Source: Carpediemonas membranifera BICM (Eukaryota; Protista; Fornicata). From it: 64,000 bases of DNA. Positions 10,939 through 20,357 of the stretch are shown in pieces. Made by a program: the position numbers and the translations under genes. The notes below the pieces were generated by a model, which worked only from the letters and a program-made list of their open reading frames with translations, was not told the origin of the DNA and ran no database searches. Location of the stretch: NCBI GenBank assembly GCA_019828565.1, contig JAHDYR010000005.1:1569992-1633991 (forward strand). The letters are read 5' to 3'. Each line of letters starts with the position of its first letter. The stretch's first letter is position 1.

Positions 10939-11712
10939 ATAAGGAACACCACATCCAGAAAGGGGGCAGGGAAGCATAGACTCTGGGATCAAGGGGAGAC
11001 CCCCCATGTTTCCCAGGGAGAGGGCAGGGCCAGGGACAGAGGAAATCCATCAATTGGATGGTTGCACCACTCGCGGTGAACCTAAGGAAACTGCAGGGAC
11101 TGAGCATGGGATACGGGGGGATATGACGTCCCCGCCGCCCTTGTGAACGATAGAGGGACGCTGGGAAGTGTAGCACAAGAGAACTATCATAAGGGGTACT
11201 AGGCCTTGCAGATCTAGAGTCTGTGTTAGCCCTAGCCCACGCCGCCTAACAGGGGTAGATGAGAGGGACTTAGTTGCTTTCCCCGCCCACGGGTAGGCCA
11301 CTTAACAGGGTCGTGGGGGCACTGAACAGGGAATCTGGAAAGAGGAGAGGGTGCCATGCTTGAACGACCCCGTAGGGACTGCAGGGAATCAGGGAGTGCT
11401 ATAGAGAAGGTCTTGCAGGACAAACCTGCCTGTGGAAGCACCGAGGACAGACCCCCAGGCTCCCTGGAAGCTGCCGGGTTTACAGGGAGACAGGAAAGCG
11501 CTCAGCGCACGGAGATGGCGAAGGCCTATGGGGGGAAGTGAAATCGGGAGTGAGCGGAAGCAGTAGCACCGAATCGCTCGTTGGACGCAGCTGACAAGTT
11601 CAATCGCAGGGAGGAGGCAGCGCCCCGGGGAACTCGGCTCCAGTAATAAGGGAGATCAGCCTAAGTAACCGGGGCCCGATACCAGGCACCATAAATTGTC
11701 TTTCTTTCTTTC

Positions 11713-12180
11713 GGCTTGGGCTGACGTGGCGACCCGGTGATCTCGATCGGGACGCCTGCCTCGATCCACGAGACCACGTCTGAGGGCGCTCCCGAGGCGG
11801 ACCAGAGCTGATGACGGGCTATCGTGGGAAATGTGAGGAGTCTCGGAGGAGCAGAGAGACGTTGAGGAGGGATGTGCGAGTGTGAGAGGTGGTGAGAGAG
11901 ATCTTGAAGATGGCTTGTTACTGGCGGCTTCTTTTCGGTCCGGGCTTGCCCGCCTTGAAGGCGGAGCGCTCTTGCTGAGCCTGGGCCAGACGGGGAAATT
12001 TTGCCAGCGTGTGAAGAATGCGCTGCTCGAGCTCCAGTTGGCGCGTGGCAACATCGGTGTGTTGGGCGTCTCTCGGCGGGGTGGCGATGAAAGCCTTTGA
12101 AGCGATGCTCACAGCTGCGGCTGCCTGGTAGCCGTAACGGTCCTTGATGTCGAGAGATCGGTGGACGCCGCACTTGGCGT
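11713..12180 (-). pseudogene. Fragment of a second, diverged DIRS-like element (gag C-terminus and RT N-terminus)
   Basis: HRSLDIKDRYGY...ILHTLAKFPRL aligns with HRVLWCKDRYGY...VFKTLAKNPHL of the neighbouring gag. LWSASGAPSDVVSWIEAGVPI aligns with LWKALGVPSEVVTWLRDGVPI of the neighbouring RT ORF. Confidence 0.8.
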
Positions 12181-12352
12181 GTCTCCGCCCCGTCGCGGAA
12201 TTGTGACGTCGCGGTTGGTCTCGGCGTCTGACTGGGCAGACGGTCCGGTAGACTACGTCTATATCCCATAGGGCACCAGTCGCCAATGAATATGCCAGTC
12301 CCCCAAAGACCCACAGCAACTCTAGCATCATCATCCGTTTATCACTAACCCC

Positions 12353-15300
12353 TCAAGGGTCCTCAGTGATAGGAGGTCGGCGGGACCCAGCCAGTTGCTC
12401 CTCAACAGCTGTGGGCCCGGGGTGCCAACCCCCAAGGTGGCTGCTCACTGCCACCTTTATCGGCCTCGCCGATGTCTCGTAGTCTAGCCGGAGGGCATCC
12501 TCAATGTAGCGGATCATTGAGGAAGTGTTCGCCCATGTCCCCTTTGCCGCGACTACCTCTGCCGGGATGCCAGCCAGCACCATGTCGGCTGCGCTGCCCC
12601 TTCTGAGGCCGTGCGGTCGCACGTGCTTCGACAAGATCAACTCGAGCAGCACCACGATCTCTTGATAGGGTAGAGACCAGAGGGAGTCGTTCTCCGAAGC
12701 GCCCTCGTCCATGCGGAAGACCACCTGCTCTGAGAGCCATGCAGCAGGGTCCAGGGGCCCGTCGATCCGGGGTATTAGCTTATCGACTCTCTCACGCCTC
12801 GTCTTAGTGCCTCTGATGCGAATGCGGAGACCTCTTGCGACTGAGTCGGGGGATATGTCACCCATGGTGAGGGATGCGACCTCGCCCGGCCTCGACGTGG
12901 AAGCATAGACGGTCACTGCGAACGTGAAGGCCTCCCGCCATGAGCCGACTGTGGTGATGTTAGCCCGGTGTCTGTCGAGGCGATCTAGAAGCATCTGCGC
13001 CCTAATAGGGACTGCTGGCCCGAGCCTCTTACCAAGAGCCTCTCTTGCGACGCCGAAGACCACCGAGCGGCCATCCACCGGGAGCGACCAGGATGTGTCG
13101 ATCCTCTCGAAGAACATCTCAATGGCTCGAAACTTCTTCTTGATTGTATCTCCAGTCACTAATGAAGCTTGTGATACAGCCCATAGGCGGAGAAGGTCAA
13201 TAGGATCAGCGAGCGGATGTTGCTCTCGGAATGAAGCAAATTGCGCAAGTGATCCAGCAATCTGGCGCCGATAGGCTATTGAGTACTGCTCTAGCATTGG
13301 ACTTCTGAGCGCTCCTTCAAAGATTGCAGGGGAATGAATAGCGCGACAAGTCGGAATGTCTTGTCGGCTTGAAGAGGCGTTATTTCGGAAAAGTCCACGC
13401 CGTTGTTGCTGTGAATCCTGAAGTAAAGGCGATGTTGCGTTAGATGACGCAGAGACATCGCCGTTGGTGATCTTGCATCGGAGACGAGAAGTATGATCGC
13501 TAACCTGCACTTCCTCGGGTCGGTCAGCGGAGTCTTGCTCACTAGGCGAGAGACCTTGGCGTAGACATGTGTCAGCATGCCAAAGGGTATCGCTGCGAAC
13601 CACCGTCCGTCCGACCATGTTCGGTCCAGCATCTCTGCCGGGGTCATCAGGGCCTTGGCCCCGAAGAGCTCTAGGGGCCAGGCATCCTTCTCCAGCGGCC
13701 CCCAGGCCTCTATGGTGCGGCCGATGACCCTCTCCACCGATGTGAGCTCCCGATCGTTCCTGGACAGGGAGTCGGCGAGGACGTTCAGATGTCCTGCCGA
13801 GTGCACCGCTCTGACCGAAATACGCCGCTCGGAGAGCCTCGGTAGTAACTCTCTGAGGATCTCGTCCACGACTGGCGGCGCTTTGGTGGATCCTTGGCGG
13901 TTCAGCCAAGCTACCGCAGCCCTGCTGTCGCAGTAGACCGTCAACTCGAAGGAGCCTGCTTGGTGGTTCTGCATTACGCGCTCCAGGGCTGCGTTGATGG
14001 CCCTGAACTCTAACAGCGTTATGTGCTCGCCTTGGGGCGCTGGCTCTGCAAAATGGATCGGTGATCGGCCCGGAACTCGAATTATGCCCCCTAAACCGCT
14101 CAGCGAGGCATCTGTCATGACTGTCACCTCGAGCTGTTGCGACATACCCCAGAGATGGAGCAGCTCGCTGGTTGATCTCGTAGGAGAAGGTCTTTCCAAG
14201 CGGGTCTTCCACGCTATCAGTGCGTCCCGAGCATCGCCGTGGATCCGAGTTCGGTACTTGTGCTTGAGTGACTGGGCAGCGCGTTGAAGCGGCCTCAGCT
14301 GGGCCACGCCGTCTGGCCAGATCAACGACGCGAAGCTGAGGTTCCCCAGGAGCCTGGCAGCCGAGTGCTCCGTTAGCCCGGATGCCAGGGCTTCTATCAC
14401 CCTCGATAGGTACTTCAGACGCTTGCTCTCGTCTAGCTTCAGCCCCTCGCGGAGTGAATCGATCACGAAGCCAAGGAACGTCGTGGACTGCGTAGGAATG
14501 AGCTGGGACTTCTGTCTGTTGATTACCAGGCCCATATCCGTCAAGAGGCGGATGATCTTCGGCATTGCCTCCGTCAGGATCTCTTTGCGGCCCGAAAAGA
14601 GCCAGTCGTCCAGATAAATGGTTATGTTCACCCCCGGAAACCTCCTGGCCACGACTGCGCCCGCTTCTAGCATTATCCGTTGGAAGTGAAATGGCGCAGC
14701 TTTCCAGCCGAATGGGAGGACTCGAAACGCATACGGCCTGCCGTCCACAATGAAGCCTAGGAGAGTCCTGTCGGCGGGGCGGACCCCAACCTGATAATAA
14801 CCCTTGGTTAAGTCTAATCTGGTGAGCCAGTCGCCCGGGCGAATCGTCGCGAGCGCCCTCTTGATCCCGTGCAATCTGAACGTCCTGTTCTCGGAGGAAA
14901 CAGCATTCAGCGACCTGAGGTCGTGAATCAGTCTCGTCTCGGCGAGGGACTTCGGGATGGTGAAAATCGGAGAGACGAGCGTCGGTGATCGCATCGGCAC
15001 TGCTGCTCCGAGGTGGAGGAGCGTCTGTAGATGGCGACGGAATTCTTTCCTGTCCTGCGACCGCACTGGTGGGAGGCTCGGATGCCGCGGTCTGCTGAAC
15101 AGGGAGATTGGTACGCCGTCGCGCAACCACGTGACCACTTCTGATGGCACGCCTAATGCCTTCCAGAGCCGCCACGTCTTGTTGATGCTCGGGAATGGAC
15201 GTGTTTCCGCGCAATTGGTCTCTAGCGCTATCAGATGGCTCTGAGGGGATGGTAATGGGTGAGGGGACGTTGGAGGGGACGGTGGGGGAGAGGGAGGAGG

Positions 15301-15634
15301 CGATGGGGGAGGAGATTGAGGAGGACATGGATGAAGAGGAGGGAATGAATGATGATGATGAATTTTGGACAGAGGGCGGTTTACCGATTGTTTGCCCTCT
15401 TGGGTTTCCTCGGCTTCCGAAAATCCTCGTCCTGTCTCGTTCGCTCCTTGAGGTGCGGGTTCTTCGCCAGAGTCTTAAACACAACCTCGCTGTCAATCTT
15501 CTCAGGGCCCATGTCGGGTTTCTCTGCGAGGGCCGCCGAGCCGGCAGTGGCGACCGAGAGACCAACGAGGTAACCATACCGGTCCTTACACCACAGAACA
15601 CGGTGGCGGAGGTACAGGCGCGAGAGCAATCCAT
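12353..15634 (-). CDS. DIRS tyrosine recombinase ORF; catalytic domain in about 12400-13290, N-terminal part overlaps the RT ORF
   Basis: SRPGE (Arg), GTKT (Lys), HGLRRGSA (HxxR), KGTW, MIRY (Tyr). Confidence 0.9.
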   Translation of the reverse strand: MDCSRACTSATVFCGVRTGMVTSLVSRSPLPARRPSQRNPTWALRRLTARLCLRLWRRTRTSRSERDRTRIFGSRGNPRGQTIGKPPSVQNSSSSFIPSSSSMSSSISSPIASSLSPTVPSNVPSPITIPSEPSDSARDQLRGNTSIPEHQQDVAALEGIRRAIRSGHVVARRRTNLPVQQTAASEPPTSAVAGQERIPSPSTDAPPPRSSSADAITDARLSDFHHPEVPRRDETDSRPQVAECCFLREQDVQIARDQEGARDDSPGRLAHQIRLNQGLLSGWGPPRRQDSPRLHCGRQAVCVSSPPIRLESCAISLPTDNARSGRSRGQEVSGGEHNHLSGRLALFGPQRDPDGGNAEDHPPLDGYGPGNQQTEVPAHSYAVHDVPWLRDRFTPRGAEARREQASEVPIEGDRSPGIRANGALGCQAPGEPQLRVVDLARRRGPAEAASTRCPVTQAQVPNSDPRRCSGRTDSVEDPLGKTFSYEINQRAAPSLGYVATARGDSHDRCLAERFRGHNSSSGPITDPFCRASAPRRAHNAVRVQGHQRSPGARNAEPPSRLLRVDGLLRQQGCGSLAEPPRIHQSAASRGRDPQRVTTEALRAAYFGQSGALGRTSERPRRLPVQERSGAHIGGEGHRPHHRGLGAAGEGCLAPRALRGQGPDDPGRDAGPNMVGRTVVRSDTLWHADTCLRQGLSPSEQDSADRPEEVQVSDHTSRLRCKITNGDVSASSNATSPLLQDSQQQRRGLFRNNASSSRQDIPTCRAIHSPAIFEGALRSPMLEQYSIAYRRQIAGSLAQFASFREQHPLADPIDLLRLWAVSQASLVTGDTIKKKFRAIEMFFERIDTSWSLPVDGRSVVFGVAREALGKRLGPAVPIRAQMLLDRLDRHRANITTVGSWREAFTFAVTVYASTSRPGEVASLTMGDISPDSVARGLRIRIRGTKTRRERVDKLIPRIDGPLDPAAWLSEQVVFRMDEGASENDSLWSLPYQEIVVLLELILSKHVRPHGLRRGSAADMVLAGIPAEVVAAKGTWANTSSMIRYIEDALRLDYETSARPIKVAVSSHLGGWHPGPTAVEEQLAGSRRPPITEDP
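13291..15380 (-). CDS. DIRS RT, RNase H and degenerate methyltransferase-like domain; start codon unclear
   Basis: RLIHDLRSLN, LDLTKGYYQV, LPFGWKAAP, YLDDWL, FLG; RNase H TDASLSGLG, HITLLEFRA, CDS, NVLADSLSR. The frame stays open upstream of 15150 into ORF1 with no ATG. Confidence 0.9.
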
Positions 15635-15893
15635 AGCCGTTCAGGCGTCCGAACTTGAAGCCTCGATAGAGGTCTTCGAGGAACTCAGCTTCCTCCTTCA
15701 TTGACTGGGAAGCAGGGCGTTTCCAGGAAAGATTTGCCTCCTCCTGAAGCTGAGCCACGGTGGTTTTGAGCTTCCTCTCTTCGGTCTTGTCATCGAGCTG
15801 CTCCTTTAGCTTGTCCAAAGCTCCGGAGAGTTCTGCGATCTTGGCCGTCGCTTGCGTTAGCTCTTCTTGCTCATTGGCGTTCATGCTTGCCAT
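15381..15893 (-). CDS. DIRS ORF1, gag-like coiled-coil protein (170 aa)
   Basis: ATG-started, N-terminal coiled coil, basic C-terminus; has a homologue in the fragment near 11918-12180. Confidence 0.75.
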   Translation of the reverse strand: MASMNANEQEELTQATAKIAELSGALDKLKEQLDDKTEERKLKTTVAQLQEEANLSWKRPASQSMKEEAEFLEDLYRGFKFGRLNGYGLLSRLYLRHRVLWCKDRYGYLVGLSVATAGSAALAEKPDMGPEKIDSEVVFKTLAKNPHLKERTRQDEDFRKPRKPKRANNR

Positions 15894-16003
15894 TCTTTGC
15901 TCTCTTTCCTGAACTGCGACGATTTGATCGGAATCAATTCGATCAGATTAACCTCGACCGCTCAGCCGAAGCGTGGGCGTGGCGCTCCGCTCACCTACCA
16001 ACA

Positions 16004-16076
16004 GCTGCTTTAGCTCAGTTGGGAGAGCGTATGACTGAAGATCATAAGGTCGCTGGTTCGAACCCGGCAAGCAGCA
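16004..16076 (+). tRNA. tRNA-Phe(GAA)
   Basis: Full cloverleaf: GCTGCTT/AAGCAGC acceptor stem, TATGA-CTGAAGA-TCATA anticodon arm, GGTTCGAACCC T-arm; followed by a TTTT run. Confidence 0.97.
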
Positions 16077-16116
16077 ATTTTGATTATAGACAACAAGACA
16101 AAATAAATAGAAAATC

Positions 16117-16188
16117 TGGATGAGTGGGGATTTGAACCCCAGGCCTTCAGCATGCGAAGCAGACGCTCTACCACTGAGCTACACACCC
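16117..16188 (-). tRNA. tRNA-Ala(CGC)
   Basis: GGGTGTGTAGCTCAGTGGTAGAGCG...TTCGCAT...GGTTCAAATCCCCACTCATCCA. Has the G3:U70 Ala identity pair, one U-U mismatch in each of the acceptor and anticodon stems, and downstream T-runs. Confidence 0.92.
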
Positions 16189-16702
16189 TCACCGAGTGCA
16201 AATCGGTCAGTCCCCTGCGGAACCAGACAACAGAGACATCAGTATTGATAAGCTCCCTTAATGGACCGGGCCGTACCCTAAGACGCTCAGTTCCAGAGCA
16301 AATGGAAAGCAATTCCACATTAAGGATTCCAGATTCCGTTTGGTTGATTCGAGTGTTGACACATCAGGACCTCACCTCATGCTACATTGTGGGTCACTTT
16401 ACGTTAACGCTAACTAGTGGAGTAACCTGCCCAGGGCGCATTGAAGTGACAATAACTCGGCCATAAAGATATCTTCTCATCTCACGTGATTGAGTGAAAT
16501 CAAACCCATCACCGATATAAGCTGGATGAGCGATAGAGTCAGACCTGACAGATGCCAAGGCTACGAAGCCAAACCTTAACAGGAGGGAAGTTCGAGATGT
16601 CGTCAATTGTTCGACTCAGCGATACCGGCCAATGCGGCCAAGCGAGAGATGACTGTTGCCCGAGAAACAATGAATTTATACAGAATATTCATGGCAGGAC
16701 GG

Positions 16703-18949
16703 TCAAGACTTCTCTGGCACCTGCGCGGCATTGAAGATGGTGACAATCTTGCTCACAGGCGCACCTTCAAGCACGACAGTCGCCGCCCCATCGTTGAAGC
16801 GTGCATCAATGAGCAGCGCCCGCCCCCTCGCAGCAATGTACGTCTCGTATCTGCACACAGCGATGGACGCCAGGCTATCGGGGTTCTTGAAATCCCACAA
16901 CTGCAGCTCACCGTCACGAATGCTCCATTTGCAGAGTATCTGGGGGTTCCCGCCCCGCTGGAGGGCTCCCTGCACCGACGGACTGGTGCCCGTTGCGTCG
17001 AGGCGGACGATACCACCATGGCCGACGGTCTGGTTGGGGAGGGGCACGACTGGAAGGTCAGCGTCGCCGGTCTCTGCTGACGGCGCCGGATCATGCGCTG
17101 ACTCGGGCGCGGGTGAGACCTCCACCGTCTCAGCCGGCCGCGGGGGCTGGGACCGGGGTGTGGCCTCGGTGGTCTCGAGGTCCGGCATGTCCACGGGGGC
17201 GGGCGGGCCTGCGTCGGGTATCGGAGGCATCGCATCCATGTCAGGTTCAGACAGCGGTGCTGGGGGGCTCGACTCGGACTTGGGCTCCGGCGGTGGCTCG
17301 GAGTCGACCAGTCGTGTCGGTAGGGGTGCGGGGGCCAGCCCGGCGTCAGTGGCGACAGGCACCGGCTCTGGCATGGGCGGGCTCTCCATTTCACTGTCAG
17401 ACACGGCTTGCGGTGCTGGGGCGGGTTCCGGTTCAGTGGCTGCCGGGCGACTTGAGGGCTTTGGACTCCTCTTCACTGGGCTGGCGGACCTAGAACCGGG
17501 CGGGGTGGCGTTCCTCTTGCTCCGGGAGAGCTCGCGGATCTGTGACCTGAGGTTCCCGATCGTCGTGTTCAAGTCAGCAATCATTTGATTGGCCGTCTTC
17601 AGCTTGGCTTTCTGCATGGCCGTGACATCCTTCTCTGCCTTAAGCTCCATCACCAGTCTCGCGGCCTTGTCCGCGTCCACGCTCGTCTTCTCCTTCTTCC
17701 GTAGCTCCTCCAGCTCGGCCTCCAGCTCATCGACCCTGTCCTCGGCCACGCCAGCCCGCTCCTCGGCCTCAGTGACGAGCTGCTCCATTCCTGCGACGTC
17801 ACTAGCGCTCCTGGTGTCCCTGGTCCTGACCTCTATCTCAGCCATGGCAGTCTTTCTCTCTGCCAGCTCTGTCTCCAGCAGCTGAACCCGCTCCATCGCC
17901 TCCTCGTGCATGCCCTTCCAGTGCTCGATCTCCTCGACCTTCTGTCGGACTCTCGCCTCGGTTTCCTCCTTTGATGAGTTGACGGCCTTGAGCACAATGT
18001 GCTCCTTCTGAAGCTTCATCAGGGTGTCGACGCTCTTGTTGTTCCTCGCTTGCTCCTGTTGCAGCTCGGAGCCCAGCTCGACAATCTTCTGATTCAGGGC
18101 AACGATCTGTGAATCCATTGCTGGTCCCACCACCTGTGTCGACGTGTCCACGCCGGTGATAGCATCAGTGTTGGTGCTGCTTACCTCCGTCTCTGGGCTC
18201 ACCTGGACGTCTAGCTCATACGTAAGCTTAGGGAGGACCCTCTCGGTCGCCTGGACGGCCGCGTCGACTCCCAGCTCACGGACTCCCATCTCTGGAGCCG
18301 GAGGACTCGGGCGCGATGTGTAGTGTGTGTGGGCTGGATCGGGCGCTGTATGCGGGTTCGGCTCGGTCTCCATAACATGCTCTGGCCGAGATACACCGCT
18401 GCTGACCGTAAGCATGTCGTAACGGGTCTCGTCGGGCTCCTGAGGCACCGAGGCCGGGGATCCGTACACCTCCATGGCTCTAGGCCTCGTCGCACTCGTG
18501 CTCCACGTCTCGGCGCTCGCTCTCACCGGCCTGTTCAATGGGGCGGGTGGTGTTGGGGCCAGCCGAGCAGGGGGGGCCGGGGCTGCGCGGGTAGGGCGGT
18601 AGAGGGGCTTGCTCGACTCAGACATGCGTACGGGGATATCCGCTACTTCCAGGACGGCGTCGATGATGTCGTCTCTCGGGGTGTTCGCCGCAGAGTAGGT
18701 AAACGTCACGCCAGTGCGGCACTGGAGTGTGAACTGTGCCTGTAGCTCCTCTGATAGGATTATGGTTTCAATTTCATCCAAGGCATGGATCAATGTGAGG
18801 CGCGCGTCTCTATGCGAGTGTGTTTGGAGGCAACGCCGTTCTGGGAGAATCTGTGTGAGCGCTCAAATGTTGATACAAACATATAACTTCCAGTAAAACG
18901 ATTGACCCCGCGACAATCGGTATACGTCGAAGATCTGTTCTGCCGTCAT
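16703..18949 (-). CDS. Coiled-coil, Pro-rich protein with possible PH-like domains at both ends; intron 18851-18880
   Basis: The 696-codon ORF extends to an ATG at 18949 after removing a 30-nt GTTTGT...CACAG intron. Central coiled coil. The PH-like call rests on sequence pattern only. Confidence 0.7.
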
Positions 18950-19240
18950 CGCGGTGTTTCGGAGGTGCAGTTTATGTTCGACCAGATTTTGCGATATTGC
19001 AAGAGATTCACCCTGCGGGCAGCGACTTATAACGATGTATACACGATGGGTTCGTCTGCGGAGGCGATTTTTTGGAGGAGGAGGCTTTGGCTTGTCTCAG
19101 GCTCGATAAGTCGAAAATCTCCGACAATTTGCCCAACATGAAAGGTCAATCGATGGTCCCGACCTGCTGTGTGCCTGGCCTCGATCATTAGACCATTTAT
19201 GCTACCTCATGTTGACATGTATCGATGATGAGACATTTGC

Positions 19241-20320
19241 ATGGATTTGGTGACGCTTTCCCAGAGGCACAGAGAGCACGGTCTTCGCACAGAAGACTAT
19301 AATGCTTATCAAAAGTACTGTTCTCGTCGTTTGGGAACGATCAGAGGCGGACTGAAGAAAGCTTCGCTCGCTGTTCCCAGTGTGAGCAAGGAAGCCGTTG
19401 AATCCGACAGTCTAGTGGAAATCTCGGATAATAGGCAGCTTGAGTTCCTATTTGTTGCATGCGAGCGCTCTTGGGCGCGTGCTATGGCTCTCCGTGACCC
19501 CCCGAAGCGGGAAGAGGGCATCGACCCCTCAATCGCCGACATCCGCGCCCGCCACAGGCACCACCAACAGGTGCGAAAGCTTCGCAAGGCTTGCCGCATC
19601 GCGTCTCTCTTCCAGCGCTACACTGCGGCGAGGGATGACCCTGCGATGACTGCCCTCGCGGTGGGCTACGGCTACTACCTCAACGGGCTCGCCCTTGTGG
19701 AGGCACAGGAGTTCCCCAAGGCGCACGTGGCCCTTATGAAGCACATCGCGATCTTTGGCACGGAGACTACACCGGGCGTGCTGTCGCCGCACGTGCCCCC
19801 CGACAGAGAGTTCAAGCCGCTCGTGGAGGTCTCAAGAAGGTACGCCGCGGACGGTCTGAGGCGGTTCTGCCGCTATCAGATTGCCGGACAGCTTCAAGAT
19901 AGCGGGGTTGTTGCCGATATTGATGGAACACTCGATGCTATCGAGAAGAAGGCCGTGAAAGCCAGCGAAGACGAGGTCGCGCCCCTCATCACAGCTCTGC
20001 AGGCCGAGAGCAAGCGCGTGGACGTGGACACCGTCCGCTACACGACCATCGAGGACATCAAGCCCGGTCGTACCCCCAAGGACGTCGGCCTCATCGTGCC
20101 AGCCCCCAGCTTCTTCGACATAGCATTCGAGCGGCTCACTGAGCGCAGCTTGCACGATCGTATTGCTGCAGAGAAGGCCAAGAGCCGCAAGGAGACTGGA
20201 AAGGAGACCAAGCCCGCTGTTGAGAAGAAGGCCGAGGCGACAGAGGAGCCTGCAACTGAGGAGGTCACCGCTGAGGAGGGCGGCATCAAGGGCTGGTTCG
20301 GCCGGTGGAGGAAGAAGTAA
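19241..20320 (+). CDS. SRP68: Signal recognition particle subunit SRP68 (short form)
   Basis: HGLRTEDYNAYQKYCSRRL, CERSWARAM and C-terminal PSFFDIA match SRP68 motifs. Confidence 0.85.
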   Translation: MDLVTLSQRHREHGLRTEDYNAYQKYCSRRLGTIRGGLKKASLAVPSVSKEAVESDSLVEISDNRQLEFLFVACERSWARAMALRDPPKREEGIDPSIADIRARHRHHQQVRKLRKACRIASLFQRYTAARDDPAMTALAVGYGYYLNGLALVEAQEFPKAHVALMKHIAIFGTETTPGVLSPHVPPDREFKPLVEVSRRYAADGLRRFCRYQIAGQLQDSGVVADIDGTLDAIEKKAVKASEDEVAPLITALQAESKRVDVDTVRYTTIEDIKPGRTPKDVGLIVPAPSFFDIAFERLTERSLHDRIAAEKAKSRKETGKETKPAVEKKAEATEEPATEEVTAEEGGIKGWFGRWRKK

Positions 20321-20357
20321 AGACGATAAGCGACATTTATGATTGTAAATACGTAAA

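Larger units (their letters stand above)
4478..11712 (+). mobile_element. Non-LTR retrotransposon (LINE, APE-RT type): large ORF1, structured spacer, ORF2, about 770-nt 3' UTR, TTTC-type tail; boundaries approximate
   Basis: Uniform A/G-rich sense strand with AGA/AGG Arg codons; APE and RT domains in ORF2; ends in TTTCTTTCTTTT (11701-11712) where DIRS homology begins. Confidence 0.85.
12353..15893 (-). mobile_element. DIRS-like tyrosine-recombinase retrotransposon; coding region intact, terminal repeats not found
   Basis: Short gag-like ORF, RT/RNase H ORF and an overlapping ORF ending in a tyrosine recombinase. Confidence 0.92.

Noticed and set aside
11808-11835. CTGATGA...GAAA hammerhead-like core
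   Set aside because: No stem II can form between the boxes, and it lies antisense within DIRS coding sequence.
15195-15704. Acidic plus-strand ORF inside the DIRS element
   Set aside because: Reverse complement of a pyrimidine-rich Ser/Pro linker.
16583-16620. GGGAAGTTCGAG resembling RNase P conserved region I
   Set aside because: The only complementary partner is about 12 nt away, far too close for the P4 pseudoknot; no other conserved regions found.
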